From Thermoplasmatota archaeon (GTDB lineage: Archaea; Thermoplasmatota; E2; JACPAO01; JAHFTW01): DNA of 64,000 bases. Shown here in pieces: positions 1 to 8,625 of the stretch; position 1 is the first letter of the stretch; each line of letters starts with the position of its first letter. Under the pieces are notes generated by a model, which saw only the letters and a list, made by a program, of their open reading frames with translations, was not told where the DNA came from and searched no databases. The stretch is from positions 1 to 64,000 of the forward strand of contig JBFIHX010000001.1 in assembly GCA_041601615.1 (NCBI GenBank), written 5' to 3'. The translations under genes and the position numbers were made by a program.

Positions 1-109
1 ACGGATCATCGCGCAACTGCTCAAGAGCCAAGCGAAGGGCCTTGCGCGGCCCCGGGGTGAGCCCCCGAAAAAACGCGACCGCGCCTTCGTCTTCAAGAAC
101 GAGTTTCAC
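1..109 (-). CDS. RelE/ParE-like toxin, N-terminal part (runs off window)
   Basis: A GTG at 109-107 overlaps the antitoxin TGA (106-108). Hand translation gives VKLVLEDEGAVAFFRGLTPGPRKALRLALEQLRDDP, resembling a RelE N-terminus. Confidence 0.55.
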   Translation of the reverse strand, partial: MKLVLEDEGAVAFFRGLTPGPRKALRLALEQLRDDP

Positions 110-300
110 AAGTCATCCAGATTTGTCCACGAATATTGCTCTGGATTCAGGAGTTTTTGGCGTTCCGCCGTGAGAAACGCCTTGCGGTCTGTTTCGTCGA
201 GCACGCGATTGATGATATCGTCATAGGTCATTCCGGCCAAGCCATGGGCGCGGATGCGATCCCGCGTCATGCCCTCCACCTGAATGGTCGTTTTCGCCAT
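106..300 (-). CDS. Ribbon-helix-helix antitoxin-like protein
   Basis: TTIQVE..TRDRI....TYDDIINRVL matches the pattern of archaeal RHH antitoxins; it is translationally coupled to the downstream ORF. Confidence 0.7.
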   Translation of the reverse strand: MAKTTIQVEGMTRDRIRAHGLAGMTYDDIINRVLDETDRKAFLTAERQKLLNPEQYSWTNLDDL

Positions 301-305
301 CAACC

Positions 306-332
306 ACTATATGGTGCCATGGTGGCTATAGT
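306..332. promoter_or_regulatory. Putative TA promoter/operator
   Basis: Inverted repeat ACTATA(306-311)...TATAGT(327-332) just upstream of the antitoxin start. Confidence 0.35.
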
Positions 333-390
333 CATTGTGGCCCAAGGTTGAACCCAGCCAACTGGCGCTTCTGGACTCCAAGGCATGGAA

Positions 391-459
391 ATCTAACGGT
401 CGAAGTGACCCGCGCGCCGACGCGCGCGGCGGCGCGTCGGGTCGAGTGATTTGTTATCT
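391..459 (-). repeat. attC site 1
   Basis: Minus strand reads AGATAAC-AAATCACTCGACCCGAC...CGGGTCACTTCGACC-GTTAGAT, an imperfect palindrome with AAC/GTT cores, 2 nt after the stop of the 462-1889 gene. Confidence 0.9.
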
Positions 460-461
460 CG

Positions 462-1829
462 CTACGACGTGCCATCGTCCACCTGGAACAATGATGCTGC
501 CAGATCAGTGTCTGGGGCGATGCCGGCCAGCCAAGACCCAACGGCTCCATGTTCATCAATCCATAGGCCTTGGTAGTCGCCGTACGTGGGCCACCCCAAG
601 ACACCGCGCGGCGAGCTTGGTTCGAGAGGTTCGGCCGTAAGGTTCTGCGCAGTCAAGCCACCGCTAGAATCGATTCGGGTGACTCCGGGTTGAACCCGGC
701 CGTCTGGCTGGGTGACGTAGTGCGTGACAATGATATTGCCCGCGCTATCCGCGACGACCGCAGGAATGGCGGGACTGGGCCCAGCCGATTGAGCAAGGAT
801 GAGGTCCGTCCACGTCTTGCCGCCATCCCTCGACCGCTGCAGGTGCACGGTCTCCCATCCCTCTTCGTCAGGTTGGCCATAGACCAGTAGGATCTCATTT
901 CCAGCGGCAGCCATCTGCGTGGGGGCAACGGCGTGCATTCCCTCGAGCGGCTTCACATACCAAGAAGCACCCCCGTCGGTTGATGATGCCAGAACCAAGG
1001 CGGTTCCTGTACCATCCGGCCCGCGATTTCGCATGGCCACGAACAGGTGGCCTTCGTCGGTTATGGCGGGTCGCCCACCTCGGAGGGTGCCCGCGTCGCT
1101 TACCAATGTCGGCTCAGACCAGCTTCTGCCGCCATCTGTTGAGACGGCACTTGCAACATCTTGTGACATGGTACCATCAGGTGCGAATTCCTGGATAATC
1201 CAAATGGTGTGAACGTCACCATTCGGGGCGAGACTCATGAATGGCTGGTCATTCATTGTACCGAGACTTTGGACCCCTGTTACTCCGAGCGTGTCTGATA
1301 CGAAAGCAGCCTCGGGCCAGGTACGCCCGCCGTCCTCGGATCGCGCAACGGCGATGTCAAAGCTCTCCCACGCGGGAATCAATGCCTCCGGCGGTCCTTG
1401 CATGCCGCGACCGACCATTGCACTGTAGAGGGCAGTTCCGTCAGGAAGGAAAAGAACCCATGGATCAGCGAATGATTGTGCAAGCGCAAGCGGGTGGTCG
1501 GCAGAGACGTCGCCCGGGAACGAGCTTGACTCAAACGTCCCTCCGCCGTCAAAAGACACGTGATAATTAAGACCGACCGGCCCGCTGACTGGGTCCGTTC
1601 CTTTCCATGAAGATGAACCAATTAGGATGTTATCGGGATTGGTGGGGTTACGCGCGACGGCACTTTCAAAGGAATGCGTGGTTGACCCATCAACTGTGCG
1701 CATGCAGGGTCCAATGCAAATGGGGGGTGCCGCGTCAAGGTCTTCGGACTCGCCGCCTTCTCCAGGGCTGCCAAGGCACCCGGAAAGGACAGCGACCGCA
1801 AGTACGACAAGTAGCTTCGTCGACGACAT
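462..1829 (-). CDS. Secreted BNR/Asp-box (sialidase-like beta-propeller) lipoprotein, cassette-borne
   Basis: Lipobox VLSGCLG and repeated S.DGG.(T/S)W Asp-boxes. Start placed at MSSTKLL; the ORF extends to 1889. Confidence 0.8.
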   Translation of the reverse strand: MSSTKLLVVLAVAVLSGCLGSPGEGGESEDLDAAPPICIGPCMRTVDGSTTHSFESAVARNPTNPDNILIGSSSWKGTDPVSGPVGLNYHVSFDGGGTFESSSFPGDVSADHPLALAQSFADPWVLFLPDGTALYSAMVGRGMQGPPEALIPAWESFDIAVARSEDGGRTWPEAAFVSDTLGVTGVQSLGTMNDQPFMSLAPNGDVHTIWIIQEFAPDGTMSQDVASAVSTDGGRSWSEPTLVSDAGTLRGGRPAITDEGHLFVAMRNRGPDGTGTALVLASSTDGGASWYVKPLEGMHAVAPTQMAAAGNEILLVYGQPDEEGWETVHLQRSRDGGKTWTDLILAQSAGPSPAIPAVVADSAGNIIVTHYVTQPDGRVQPGVTRIDSSGGLTAQNLTAEPLEPSSPRGVLGWPTYGDYQGLWIDEHGAVGSWLAGIAPDTDLAASLFQVDDGTS

Positions 1830-1916
1830 GCGGTCCGTCAGGATGGTCCCCCTGCAAGAAGTTGTTGCGGCCGCCCCACCGGGGCCCACACGGATAGAGC
1901 TACCCGGGCAACAGCG

Positions 1917-1978
1917 AGATAACGGCCTCGAACTAACCCGCCGAGCGTAGCGAGGTCGGGTTGAGTGAGTCGTTAGGT
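1917..1978 (-). repeat. attC site 2
   Basis: Minus strand ACCTAAC-GACTCACTCAACCCGAC...CGGGTTAGTTCGAGGCC-GTTATCT. L''/L' pair (ACTCAACCCG / CGGGTTAGT) with a single extrahelical C. Confidence 0.92.
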
Positions 1979-2551
1979 GTCGCTTGTCGGAGCAAAACGT
2001 AGGCTAAACGTCAGCCGGTGTTCATCACAATATCGCGTGGGCACGCCGGCCCTATGGATGATTGCCCCGTCGAATACCACGAGCCGGCCGGGTTTCACCC
2101 CAACGCAGATTTGGGGCTCGCCTTGATCGTTAAAGATTATCGTTTCCCCACCCCATTCATGATCCCATTCGTGATTTACCATATATAAGAATGATATTTC
2201 CCCATCAGCATCATGTTGCGAACCGGAATCGTTGTGGGAGAAAGTGTAGCTGCCAAAGGAAAACAGATTGCAAAACACTCGCCGCAAACGGTAGGTTTTC
2301 CCAGATGTCTCTGGCATTTCGTTCAGGATTTTTTCGCAAGCCTGGGCAAGCCAATGCTCCGCGAAATCATCCACATCAAATGAAGCGACCCACTCCTTGA
2401 ACTTCCTCGTCTCTTCCTTCGATGCTTGTAGACAACTGAAATTCGCAATCAACATTGAATGGTGAAAGCGCAAAATTGCCTGTGGGTCGAAGAGGCCGTC
2501 GAATACATGCACGAAGTGCCCATCAACATTTTCGCTTCGATCTGCGTTCAT
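1973..2551 (-). CDS. 2OG-Fe(II) oxygenase (prolyl-hydroxylase-like), cassette-borne
   Basis: HxD motif (SHND), WxxxWGGET, GRLVVFDGAIIHRAG and RLTFSLRF. The stop TAA lies inside the attC R'' box. Confidence 0.85.
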   Translation of the reverse strand: MNADRSENVDGHFVHVFDGLFDPQAILRFHHSMLIANFSCLQASKEETRKFKEWVASFDVDDFAEHWLAQACEKILNEMPETSGKTYRLRRVFCNLFSFGSYTFSHNDSGSQHDADGEISFLYMVNHEWDHEWGGETIIFNDQGEPQICVGVKPGRLVVFDGAIIHRAGVPTRYCDEHRLTFSLRFAPTSDT

Positions 2552-2591
2552 GCTTTCAGCTGGCTAAATCCAGATACGTGCACATAGGCAA

Positions 2592-2762
2592 TCAGCGTAG
2601 CCCCAATCCCATCCGATCGTTCATTCTCATGCTAATCATCTCGAAGTCCTGGGGTGTGTTTACCATTGCTGACCTCTGTTCGAGTTGCGTAATCCGGTTT
2701 TCATAATGGCTTGACGAAACATCTTGGTCGCCGTTGGCCGGGGTTCGGGTTCCTTCGCTCAT
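2592..2762 (-). CDS. 56-aa small peptide (not in ORF track), same cassette as the oxygenase
   Basis: Hand-translated ATG..TGA: MSEGTRTPANGDQDVSSSHYENRITQLEQRSAMVNTPQDFEMISMRMNDRMGLGLR. It fills the cassette 5' part. Confidence 0.55.
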   Translation of the reverse strand: MSEGTRTPANGDQDVSSSHYENRITQLEQRSAMVNTPQDFEMISMRMNDRMGLGLR

Positions 2763-2837
2763 AGACTAGCCTGTGTGCCGAAATGGGGGTGCGCGTAATT
2801 GCGTTTTCGGTCGGCCCGGAGAAGGGTTACCTGCGAC

Positions 2838-2919
2838 ACCTAACGATTCGAACTGACCCGCCGCTCGCGAAGCGAGCCTGCGAGCAAAGCGAGTGGTCGG
2901 GTTGAGTGATTTGTTAGGT
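2838..2919 (-). repeat. attC site 3
   Basis: Plus strand ACCTAAC-GATTCGAACTGACCCG...GTCGGGTTGAGTGATTT-GTTAGGT. Confidence 0.92.
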
Positions 2920-3149
2920 GGCACCATAGAAGGACAGAGCAGAATGCCACCAGAGACCCCGACAGGCCATGTTCACCGCCGTTCAGCGGGAATTCCGCGA
3001 CCTAAGCGAAGGTTGTGTCGCGGCCTCCGCATGGTGACGCAATGCGCACTGCACCGCACTTCCAATGCAGCGATTTGGCCCGCGTCCTTCTCCCCGACGG
3101 CTCCACGATTTTGACAACCTATAAGGGCGCCGTTTTGCTTGTAAAAAAC

Positions 3150-3455
3150 ATGTCTTCCGGCATGGATCCGGCATTTATTGGTGCGATAGTGGCCATCGCG
3201 ATTTCCTTGGTGGGTTCAACCGTTTTTTTGGTTTGGAGCCGCCGACGAATGCCGGTAGGGGCACGTATCGTTTTTTCTCTGGTCGGTCCAGTCGGCTTGT
3301 ACTTTCTCGCCATCAACCTTGAGAATTTACCGCCCTTCGTCAGCAATGGTAGCCGCGACGCCAGCTTAATCATGCTACTGGGGATCGTACTGGGCCTCAT
3401 GCCATTTATTGTGACCCGGGCCTGGATTCGCGTTCGGCAAACACAGCGCGAGTGA
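3150..3455 (+). CDS. Small 3-TM membrane protein, inverted within its cassette
   Basis: Three hydrophobic segments; TATA-like CTATAAG at ~3119-3125 upstream of ATG 3150. Confidence 0.6.
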   Translation: MSSGMDPAFIGAIVAIAISLVGSTVFLVWSRRRMPVGARIVFSLVGPVGLYFLAINLENLPPFVSNGSRDASLIMLLGIVLGLMPFIVTRAWIRVRQTQRE

Positions 3456-3565
3456 AAACTGCTGAATTTCCGAAGACTTGGCCGCCTATCGCGATATAGA
3501 TCGGGCCAAATGAGCGTGAGCACGTGGAGCCTTACCACGGACCGTTTATTGCCAGTCACGGGTCC

Positions 3566-3639
3566 ACCTAACGGCCTCGAACTAACCCGCCGGGCGCCGG
3601 AGCGCGCGGAGGCGCGTCGGGTCGAGTGATTTGTTAGGG
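3566..3639 (-). repeat. attC site 4
   Basis: Plus strand ACCTAAC-GGCCTCGAACTAACCCG...GTCGGGTCGAGTGATTT-GTTAGGG; the right half is nearly identical to attC 1. Confidence 0.92.
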
Positions 3640-3765
3640 GGCGGTCGGCTGCAACAAGTTGGGCAGAGCATCATCTGGCTTCGGCCCGGCAGTCCACTCG
3701 AGCGAAATTTTAACTAGGTTGGGGCAAGCCAGCAGCTGCTGAGATTTCAGGGCGAGATCATGTTC

Positions 3766-4023
3766 TCAAGTAGATCGATCGATGACGCGTAGCTCCAACT
3801 CGTGTTGTGGAAAGTCTTCTGCCATTTGTTGGGCTAGGCGGCGAGCGGTCGGCTCGTCACTGGCCCGTATTTCAAATTCGCCAATGGTGCCCCCAAACCA
3901 GAGGTATCCATAATCTTCGACACCATCTGGATGGTCACGTCGCTCCCAAGGCCCTTTGTCTTCTTGAAAACGGGCAGGCATCCTAGCTGAGAAATGGCGA
4001 ATCGTGACCGCGAAGGTATGCAT
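3766..4023 (-). CDS. Hypothetical protein (85 aa), first cassette of array 1
   Basis: ATG-started ORF in cassette orientation with globular composition. Confidence 0.6.
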   Translation of the reverse strand: MHTFAVTIRHFSARMPARFQEDKGPWERRDHPDGVEDYGYLWFGGTIGEFEIRASDEPTARRLAQQMAEDFPQHELELRVIDRST

Positions 4024-4083
4024 GTCTTACACAAGCCCAACTGGGCTATTTGACTATGGGCTGCTACTGTGCCCGAAGAGACT

Positions 4084-4119
4084 GCCACCTAACTACTCCT
4101 TCACGGGTTTTCCCCTAAA
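4084..4119 (-). other. Putative attI-like cassette entry site
   Basis: Minus GTTAGGTGGC matches 9/10 to the attC4 R'' complement, with no attC hairpin. The flank is shared with 30223-30251. Confidence 0.6.
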
Positions 4120-4140
4120 GTGTAGCCATTGCAGAGGCGC

Positions 4141-4148
4141 TTATATAA
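4141..4148. promoter_or_regulatory. TATA box, candidate Pc-like cassette promoter
   Basis: TTATATAA in a GC-rich context, ~50 bp upstream of the array entry site. Confidence 0.45.
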
Positions 4149-4383
4149 TACTGGAGCGCAGCATTTCTCACAAGCCTGAATCCCCTCCAAGGAATCCCTA
4201 TCCAGAGTACATTCAACTACCCCATTCGCGGTGTTATGTGGACGCGACATAATACTGATTGATCATCAAAGAAGCATACTCGGGGCGTTTCGACGACGAG
4301 CATCATAATCGAGTGCTTCATGCATCTCCGATTGGCCTCCCCTATGGCCCTCGTCACGCACGGATCCCGCGTACCGGCGCAAC

Positions 4384-5097
4384 GTGCTCGATTCTCAAAG
4401 GGACGGACCAATTCAAGCTCGCCCGGTGTTTCGCCCTCGCAGTGGCTCCCGTTTCCCAACTCCTTCAAGACCCCTGGGCCTCCCCGTTCTGTTGCCCGAC
4501 TCGAATCCGGTTGTCCTTGTGCATGGCATTCTAGGCCAGCGGCACCTGTATTGGAATGTGTTCAAGCATCGCCTTCGTCAAGACGGCTTGCGCTACCATG
4601 ATTGCATTTTGCCGTATGGGATGCTTGGCGATATGCGCATCGCGGCGCAGTACCTCAAGGACAAGGTGGATGCTTGCTTGCGGCACGACGACTCGAAGAT
4701 GGTGTCGCTTGTTTGCCATAGCGCTGGCGGCCTCGTGGCTCGGTACTATTTGATGTACTTGGGCGGCAGCAAGCACGTGGATCGCGTGGTGTTTTTGGGT
4801 ACCCCACACCAGGGCACCTATTCGTCCTACTTCCTCGGCCTTCCCGTTCTGCTTCAAATTGCCAAGCAGGCTCGTCCGGGCAGCCACTTTCTCGACGAAA
4901 TCAACGGCCCGGGAGCGATTATGCCGGGCGTGCGGTTCTACAACCTCTGGTCGCCCATTGATGGAGTGGTGATTCCGAGCAACAACAGCAAACTTGCCGG
5001 CAGCCACTCGCGGAAGTTGCCGTGGACGACGCATTGGGGTTTCTTGTGGCGAAGCGATGTGTACGCCACCGTGCACGAGTGCCTGCATACCGCGTAG
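4384..5097 (+). CDS. Alpha/beta hydrolase (lipase/esterase)
   Basis: PVVLVHG, nucleophile motif CHSAGG, GTPHQG, DGVV and a C-terminal His. Confidence 0.85.
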   Translation: MLDSQRDGPIQARPVFRPRSGSRFPTPSRPLGLPVLLPDSNPVVLVHGILGQRHLYWNVFKHRLRQDGLRYHDCILPYGMLGDMRIAAQYLKDKVDACLRHDDSKMVSLVCHSAGGLVARYYLMYLGGSKHVDRVVFLGTPHQGTYSSYFLGLPVLLQIAKQARPGSHFLDEINGPGAIMPGVRFYNLWSPIDGVVIPSNNSKLAGSHSRKLPWTTHWGFLWRSDVYATVHECLHTA

Positions 5098-5105
5098 TGC
5101 AGCGA

Positions 5106-5858
5106 CTACAGGTAGGGGTGTCCGCGTTCCTTTTGCAGTGCTCGCAGGCTCTCTTGAATGGCGTCGCGTGTTTGCTCGGCCAATTCGTGCACTTGTCCCC
5201 GGCTTGCCACGGTTTCCGGCCCTAGTCCCGCAAGGTCCAGGGGCGGGAGGAACCGGATGCGCCATTTCACGGGTTTGGGCAAGATGTTGCGAGGAATCGG
5301 CAAGCCGCCGCGCATGCGGAGCAAGTCGTCATAGCCTTCGACGCGAACACCCACCGGGTTGCTTTCGGCGCCGCCCAGAATTGCCACGGGGACCACGGGC
5401 ACGCCCATTTCGAGGGCGACGCGCACGAAGCCTCTGGCAAACGGTTCCAGGTTGTACTCGCTGCCGGGTTTGAACGCCCCGCGTTCTCCCTCGGGAAACA
5501 TCATGACCAACTCGCCTGCGGCCAGGTGTTCTCGCATGGCGTCCTTGCCCACGGGGACGATGCCGCATTTGGTGGCAAATTCGCGGGTCGCCTTCGCTTT
5601 GAACCAGGCCTCGTGTGCCATGCCGCGCACCATTCGACCGGTTTGCTCGAACACCGTGAGGGCCGTGAGGGCGTAGTCGAGGCCGAGCCAGCCGGTATGG
5701 TTGCACACGAGGATCGCCGGGCCGGAGGGGGGCACATGCTCGATACCGCTGTGTTTGAGTCGAGTGTAGAATCGAATCGTCCGGAACCACGGTACGAGTT
5801 TCTCCACGAAGCCCACGTCAAGCCCGTCAGGGGCGGCGGTGACCTCGGAGTCTGTCAA
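5106..5858 (-). CDS. Lysophospholipid/glycerol acyltransferase (PlsC-like)
   Basis: NHTGWLGLD (HxxxxD-like), FPEG, GFVRVAL and PVVPV. Start inferred at TTG 5858. Confidence 0.85.
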   Translation of the reverse strand: MTDSEVTAAPDGLDVGFVEKLVPWFRTIRFYTRLKHSGIEHVPPSGPAILVCNHTGWLGLDYALTALTVFEQTGRMVRGMAHEAWFKAKATREFATKCGIVPVGKDAMREHLAAGELVMMFPEGERGAFKPGSEYNLEPFARGFVRVALEMGVPVVPVAILGGAESNPVGVRVEGYDDLLRMRGGLPIPRNILPKPVKWRIRFLPPLDLAGLGPETVASRGQVHELAEQTRDAIQESLRALQKERGHPYL

Positions 5859-5975
5859 GGAACCGAAGCACGAGGGCCGAGACTGAAAACCTACGCACCC
5901 CCAAACCCGCTGCCCGCCGGCGACGGGGTCGGTTGATAGGATTGAAACGGGAGGCCTCCATCGCCTGTTTGTTCC

Positions 5976-7997
5976 ATGGTCGAGATCCTCCTCGAATCCG
6001 TCCCGAGCCCCACGTCTCCTGCGGACCAGGATGCTGCCTGGGCAGAGCTTGCCCGGGGCCTTCTTCGTCAGCCTGACGTCCCGTTTGACACCCACTGGGA
6101 GGTCTACAAACACGTCTTTGCGTCCAGGCGCCCGGAACATGGCCCTCCCATCGCGTGGACGCCCAGCGATGCGACCTTGGCCAATGCCAATCTGACCACC
6201 CTTCAGGAGCTCGCCGAGCAACCAAATCAAGATGCGCTGCATGATTGGAGCACCAAGAACCGCGCCGAGTTCTGGGGCGTCGCGCTGGATCTGCTGGAGG
6301 TGCCCTTCCAAGAAAAACCCGAATCCATTCTGGATGACAGCGGCGGGCCGGAACACCCGGTTTGGCTGCCGGGGGCTCAGATGAATGCCGCGGAACTGTG
6401 CTTCCAAGCGGACCCGAAGGCAACGGCCATTGTCACCGGCCGCGAAGGCACTGATCGGTTGACTTCCTGGACCTACGGGGACCTCAAGGCGCTCGCGGAC
6501 CGTGTTAGCCTTGGCCTCTTGGATTCGGGCTTCGACCGAGGCGATGCCATTGCGCTATACATGCCGATGACTGCCGAATGCGTCGCTGCGTACCTTGGCA
6601 TCGTGCAAGCGGGCCTCGCGGTGGTCAGCATCCCGGACAGTTTTGCACCCCCTGAGGTGGCCACTCGCCTCCGATTGGGCGGCGCCAAGGCCATGATTAC
6701 AGTCGCATCGTTCCAACGTGCAGGTCGGGCGGTCGCCATGGCGCCAAAGGCGATCGAAGCCAGCGAAGAGACACCGGGCGCGCCCCCGTGCATCGTCATT
6801 GGCGACGTTTCCACCACCGAGCTTCGCTACCATGACCTTGCTTGGGATGATTTTCTGGGTCTGCCTAAGCCGTTTGCGGCCCGCGCTATGGCGCCAGAAG
6901 CTACGAGCAACATCCTGTTTTCTTCGGGTACGACGGGCGAACCGAAGGCGATTCCTTGGACGCATCTCACACCTCTCAAATGCGCCGTGGATGGCCACTT
7001 GCACCAGGACATCCACTCGGATGACGTGGTGGCGTGGCCCACCAACATTGGTTGGATGATGGGTCCTTGGCTCATCTACGCAGCACTTGGCAACCGAGCC
7101 ACCATGGCATTGTGGGAGGGCGCTCCCGTGGGCGAGGCGTTCATGGATTTCTTGGAACGAGCCCGTGTTTCTGTGCTCGGTGTCGTGCCCTCCATGGTGC
7201 GTGCCTGGAGCGTTTCGGGTGTTGCTCCTGGTCGGCTGCCTCGTGTGCGTGTCTTCAGTTCTACGGGCGAGGCAAGCAATCCGCACGACTACCTCTACTT
7301 GATGAGTCTGAGCCACTATCAGGCCCCGGTCATCGAATACTGCGGCGGTACCGAAATCGGCGGCGGGCACCTCACGGGCACGGTCGTGCAACCGGCGTCT
7401 CCTGGCACCTTCACGACGCCTGCCATGGGCATTGATTTCGTGCTCATGGACGACGAGCAAAAAATCGTGACCGGCCCTGGCATGGGTCAGATCTACTTGT
7501 TGCCGCCAAGCCTTGGGTTGTCGCAGAGCCTCCTGAATCGTGACCACCACGAAGTGTACTTCGAGGGCTGCCCTCCGGGTCACGGCGGTGCGATCTTGCG
7601 CCGACACGGCGACGAAGTGGAGCGCCTGGCGTGTGGCTTCTACCGGGCCCAAGGCCGCGCCGACGACACCATGAACCTTGGCGGCATCAAAGTGGGAAGC
7701 ATCGAGATTGAAACGGTTCTCAATGGCCACCCGGACGTGGCGGAAACGGCCGCAGTCGCGATTCCGCCGGAGGGTGGCGGTGCCGATCGGCTCGTGGTGT
7801 TCGTGGTGCCAGTGGCTGGCAAGCGCGTGAGCGAACTGAAGGTGGATGTGCTTATGCCGGCGATGCAAGCGCGCATCAAACAGCACCTCAATCCACTGTT
7901 TCGCATTCACAACGTGGTTGTCGTCAAGGAACTGCCTCGCACTGCAAGCAACAAAGTGATGCGCCGAGAACTTCGAGATCAGTACAAGGGCCCATGA
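5976..7997 (+). CDS. AMP-dependent acyl-CoA synthetase (acetate/acetoacetate-CoA ligase family)
   Basis: FSSGTTGEPK, YCGGTEIGG, GRADDTMNLGG and LPRTASNKVMRR. Confidence 0.9.
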   Translation: MVEILLESVPSPTSPADQDAAWAELARGLLRQPDVPFDTHWEVYKHVFASRRPEHGPPIAWTPSDATLANANLTTLQELAEQPNQDALHDWSTKNRAEFWGVALDLLEVPFQEKPESILDDSGGPEHPVWLPGAQMNAAELCFQADPKATAIVTGREGTDRLTSWTYGDLKALADRVSLGLLDSGFDRGDAIALYMPMTAECVAAYLGIVQAGLAVVSIPDSFAPPEVATRLRLGGAKAMITVASFQRAGRAVAMAPKAIEASEETPGAPPCIVIGDVSTTELRYHDLAWDDFLGLPKPFAARAMAPEATSNILFSSGTTGEPKAIPWTHLTPLKCAVDGHLHQDIHSDDVVAWPTNIGWMMGPWLIYAALGNRATMALWEGAPVGEAFMDFLERARVSVLGVVPSMVRAWSVSGVAPGRLPRVRVFSSTGEASNPHDYLYLMSLSHYQAPVIEYCGGTEIGGGHLTGTVVQPASPGTFTTPAMGIDFVLMDDEQKIVTGPGMGQIYLLPPSLGLSQSLLNRDHHEVYFEGCPPGHGGAILRRHGDEVERLACGFYRAQGRADDTMNLGGIKVGSIEIETVLNGHPDVAETAAVAIPPEGGGADRLVVFVVPVAGKRVSELKVDVLMPAMQARIKQHLNPLFRIHNVVVVKELPRTASNKVMRRELRDQYKGP

Positions 7998-8623
7998 GCG
8001 AGCGACCTGTGCCCGGCGCCGAAGGTGTCGATCCGCAAGTATTCCATGAGGCCTACCAGGGCGTGGCGGCCTGGGATACGGGCGTGCCGCAGCCGGAAGT
8101 GCTGGCGCTTGTTGCTGCCGGTGCCTTCGACCAAGGCCCCATTTTGGATGTGGGTTGTGGTGCCGGTGCCAATGCCATTGCTCTTGCCCGCCTCGCTTTG
8201 CCCGTCGTCGCCATTGATCTTGTCCCGGAAGCCATTCATTTGGCTCGCTTGCGCGCCGATGCGGCCGGGGTTGCGGCGGAGTGGCTCGTTGGAAACGCTT
8301 TGGATCTTGCCGAATGCGTCCGGGGACGACGCTTCCCGCACCTCCTGGATTCTGGCGTGTTTCATGTGTTTGGCGACGAGGACCGACGCCACTACGTCCA
8401 TGCACTGCATGCCGTTGCGGCTCCAGGTGCGAGGCTCGATGTGATCGTATTCAGCGACCAAGAAGGCGGAGGCGGCGGGCCGCGCCGTGTTTCCCGGGAG
8501 GAACTGGAATCCGCGTTCGCAAACGGCGGTTGGAGCCTTGAAGCGATGGTAGAAACTCGGTATGCCCTACGCACGCGCCCCGAAGGAGCCCGGGCTTGGC
8601 GAGCGACCTTCCGGCGCGACTAG
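7994..8623 (+). CDS. Class I SAM-dependent methyltransferase
   Basis: WDTGVPQ, ILDVGCGAG and DSGVFH. Confidence 0.9.
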   Translation: MSERPVPGAEGVDPQVFHEAYQGVAAWDTGVPQPEVLALVAAGAFDQGPILDVGCGAGANAIALARLALPVVAIDLVPEAIHLARLRADAAGVAAEWLVGNALDLAECVRGRRFPHLLDSGVFHVFGDEDRRHYVHALHAVAAPGARLDVIVFSDQEGGGGGPRRVSREELESAFANGGWSLEAMVETRYALRTRPEGARAWRATFRRD

Positions 8624-8625
8624 AG

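Larger units (their letters stand above)
1..4093 (-). mobile_element. Integron-type cassette array 1 (4 complete cassettes plus distal TA module; no intI in window)
   Basis: Four attC sites with matching R'/R'' cassette boundaries; entry GTT at 4093 on the minus strand. Confidence 0.85.

Noticed and set aside
391-459. The palindromic family as REP/MITE elements or terminators
   Set aside because: There are no target duplications or U-tracts. Left and right termini match across genes rather than within an element, which fits cassettes.
3119-3559. Minus-strand 146-aa ORF as the cassette gene
   Set aside because: It looks like the shadow of the plus-strand 3-TM ORF, with Arg/Ser-rich composition and no motif.
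6555-8405. Long antisense/alternate-frame ORFs (also 10776-12035, 44617-45612, 61345-62400)
   Set aside because: These are GC-rich shadow frames overlapping well-supported genes.
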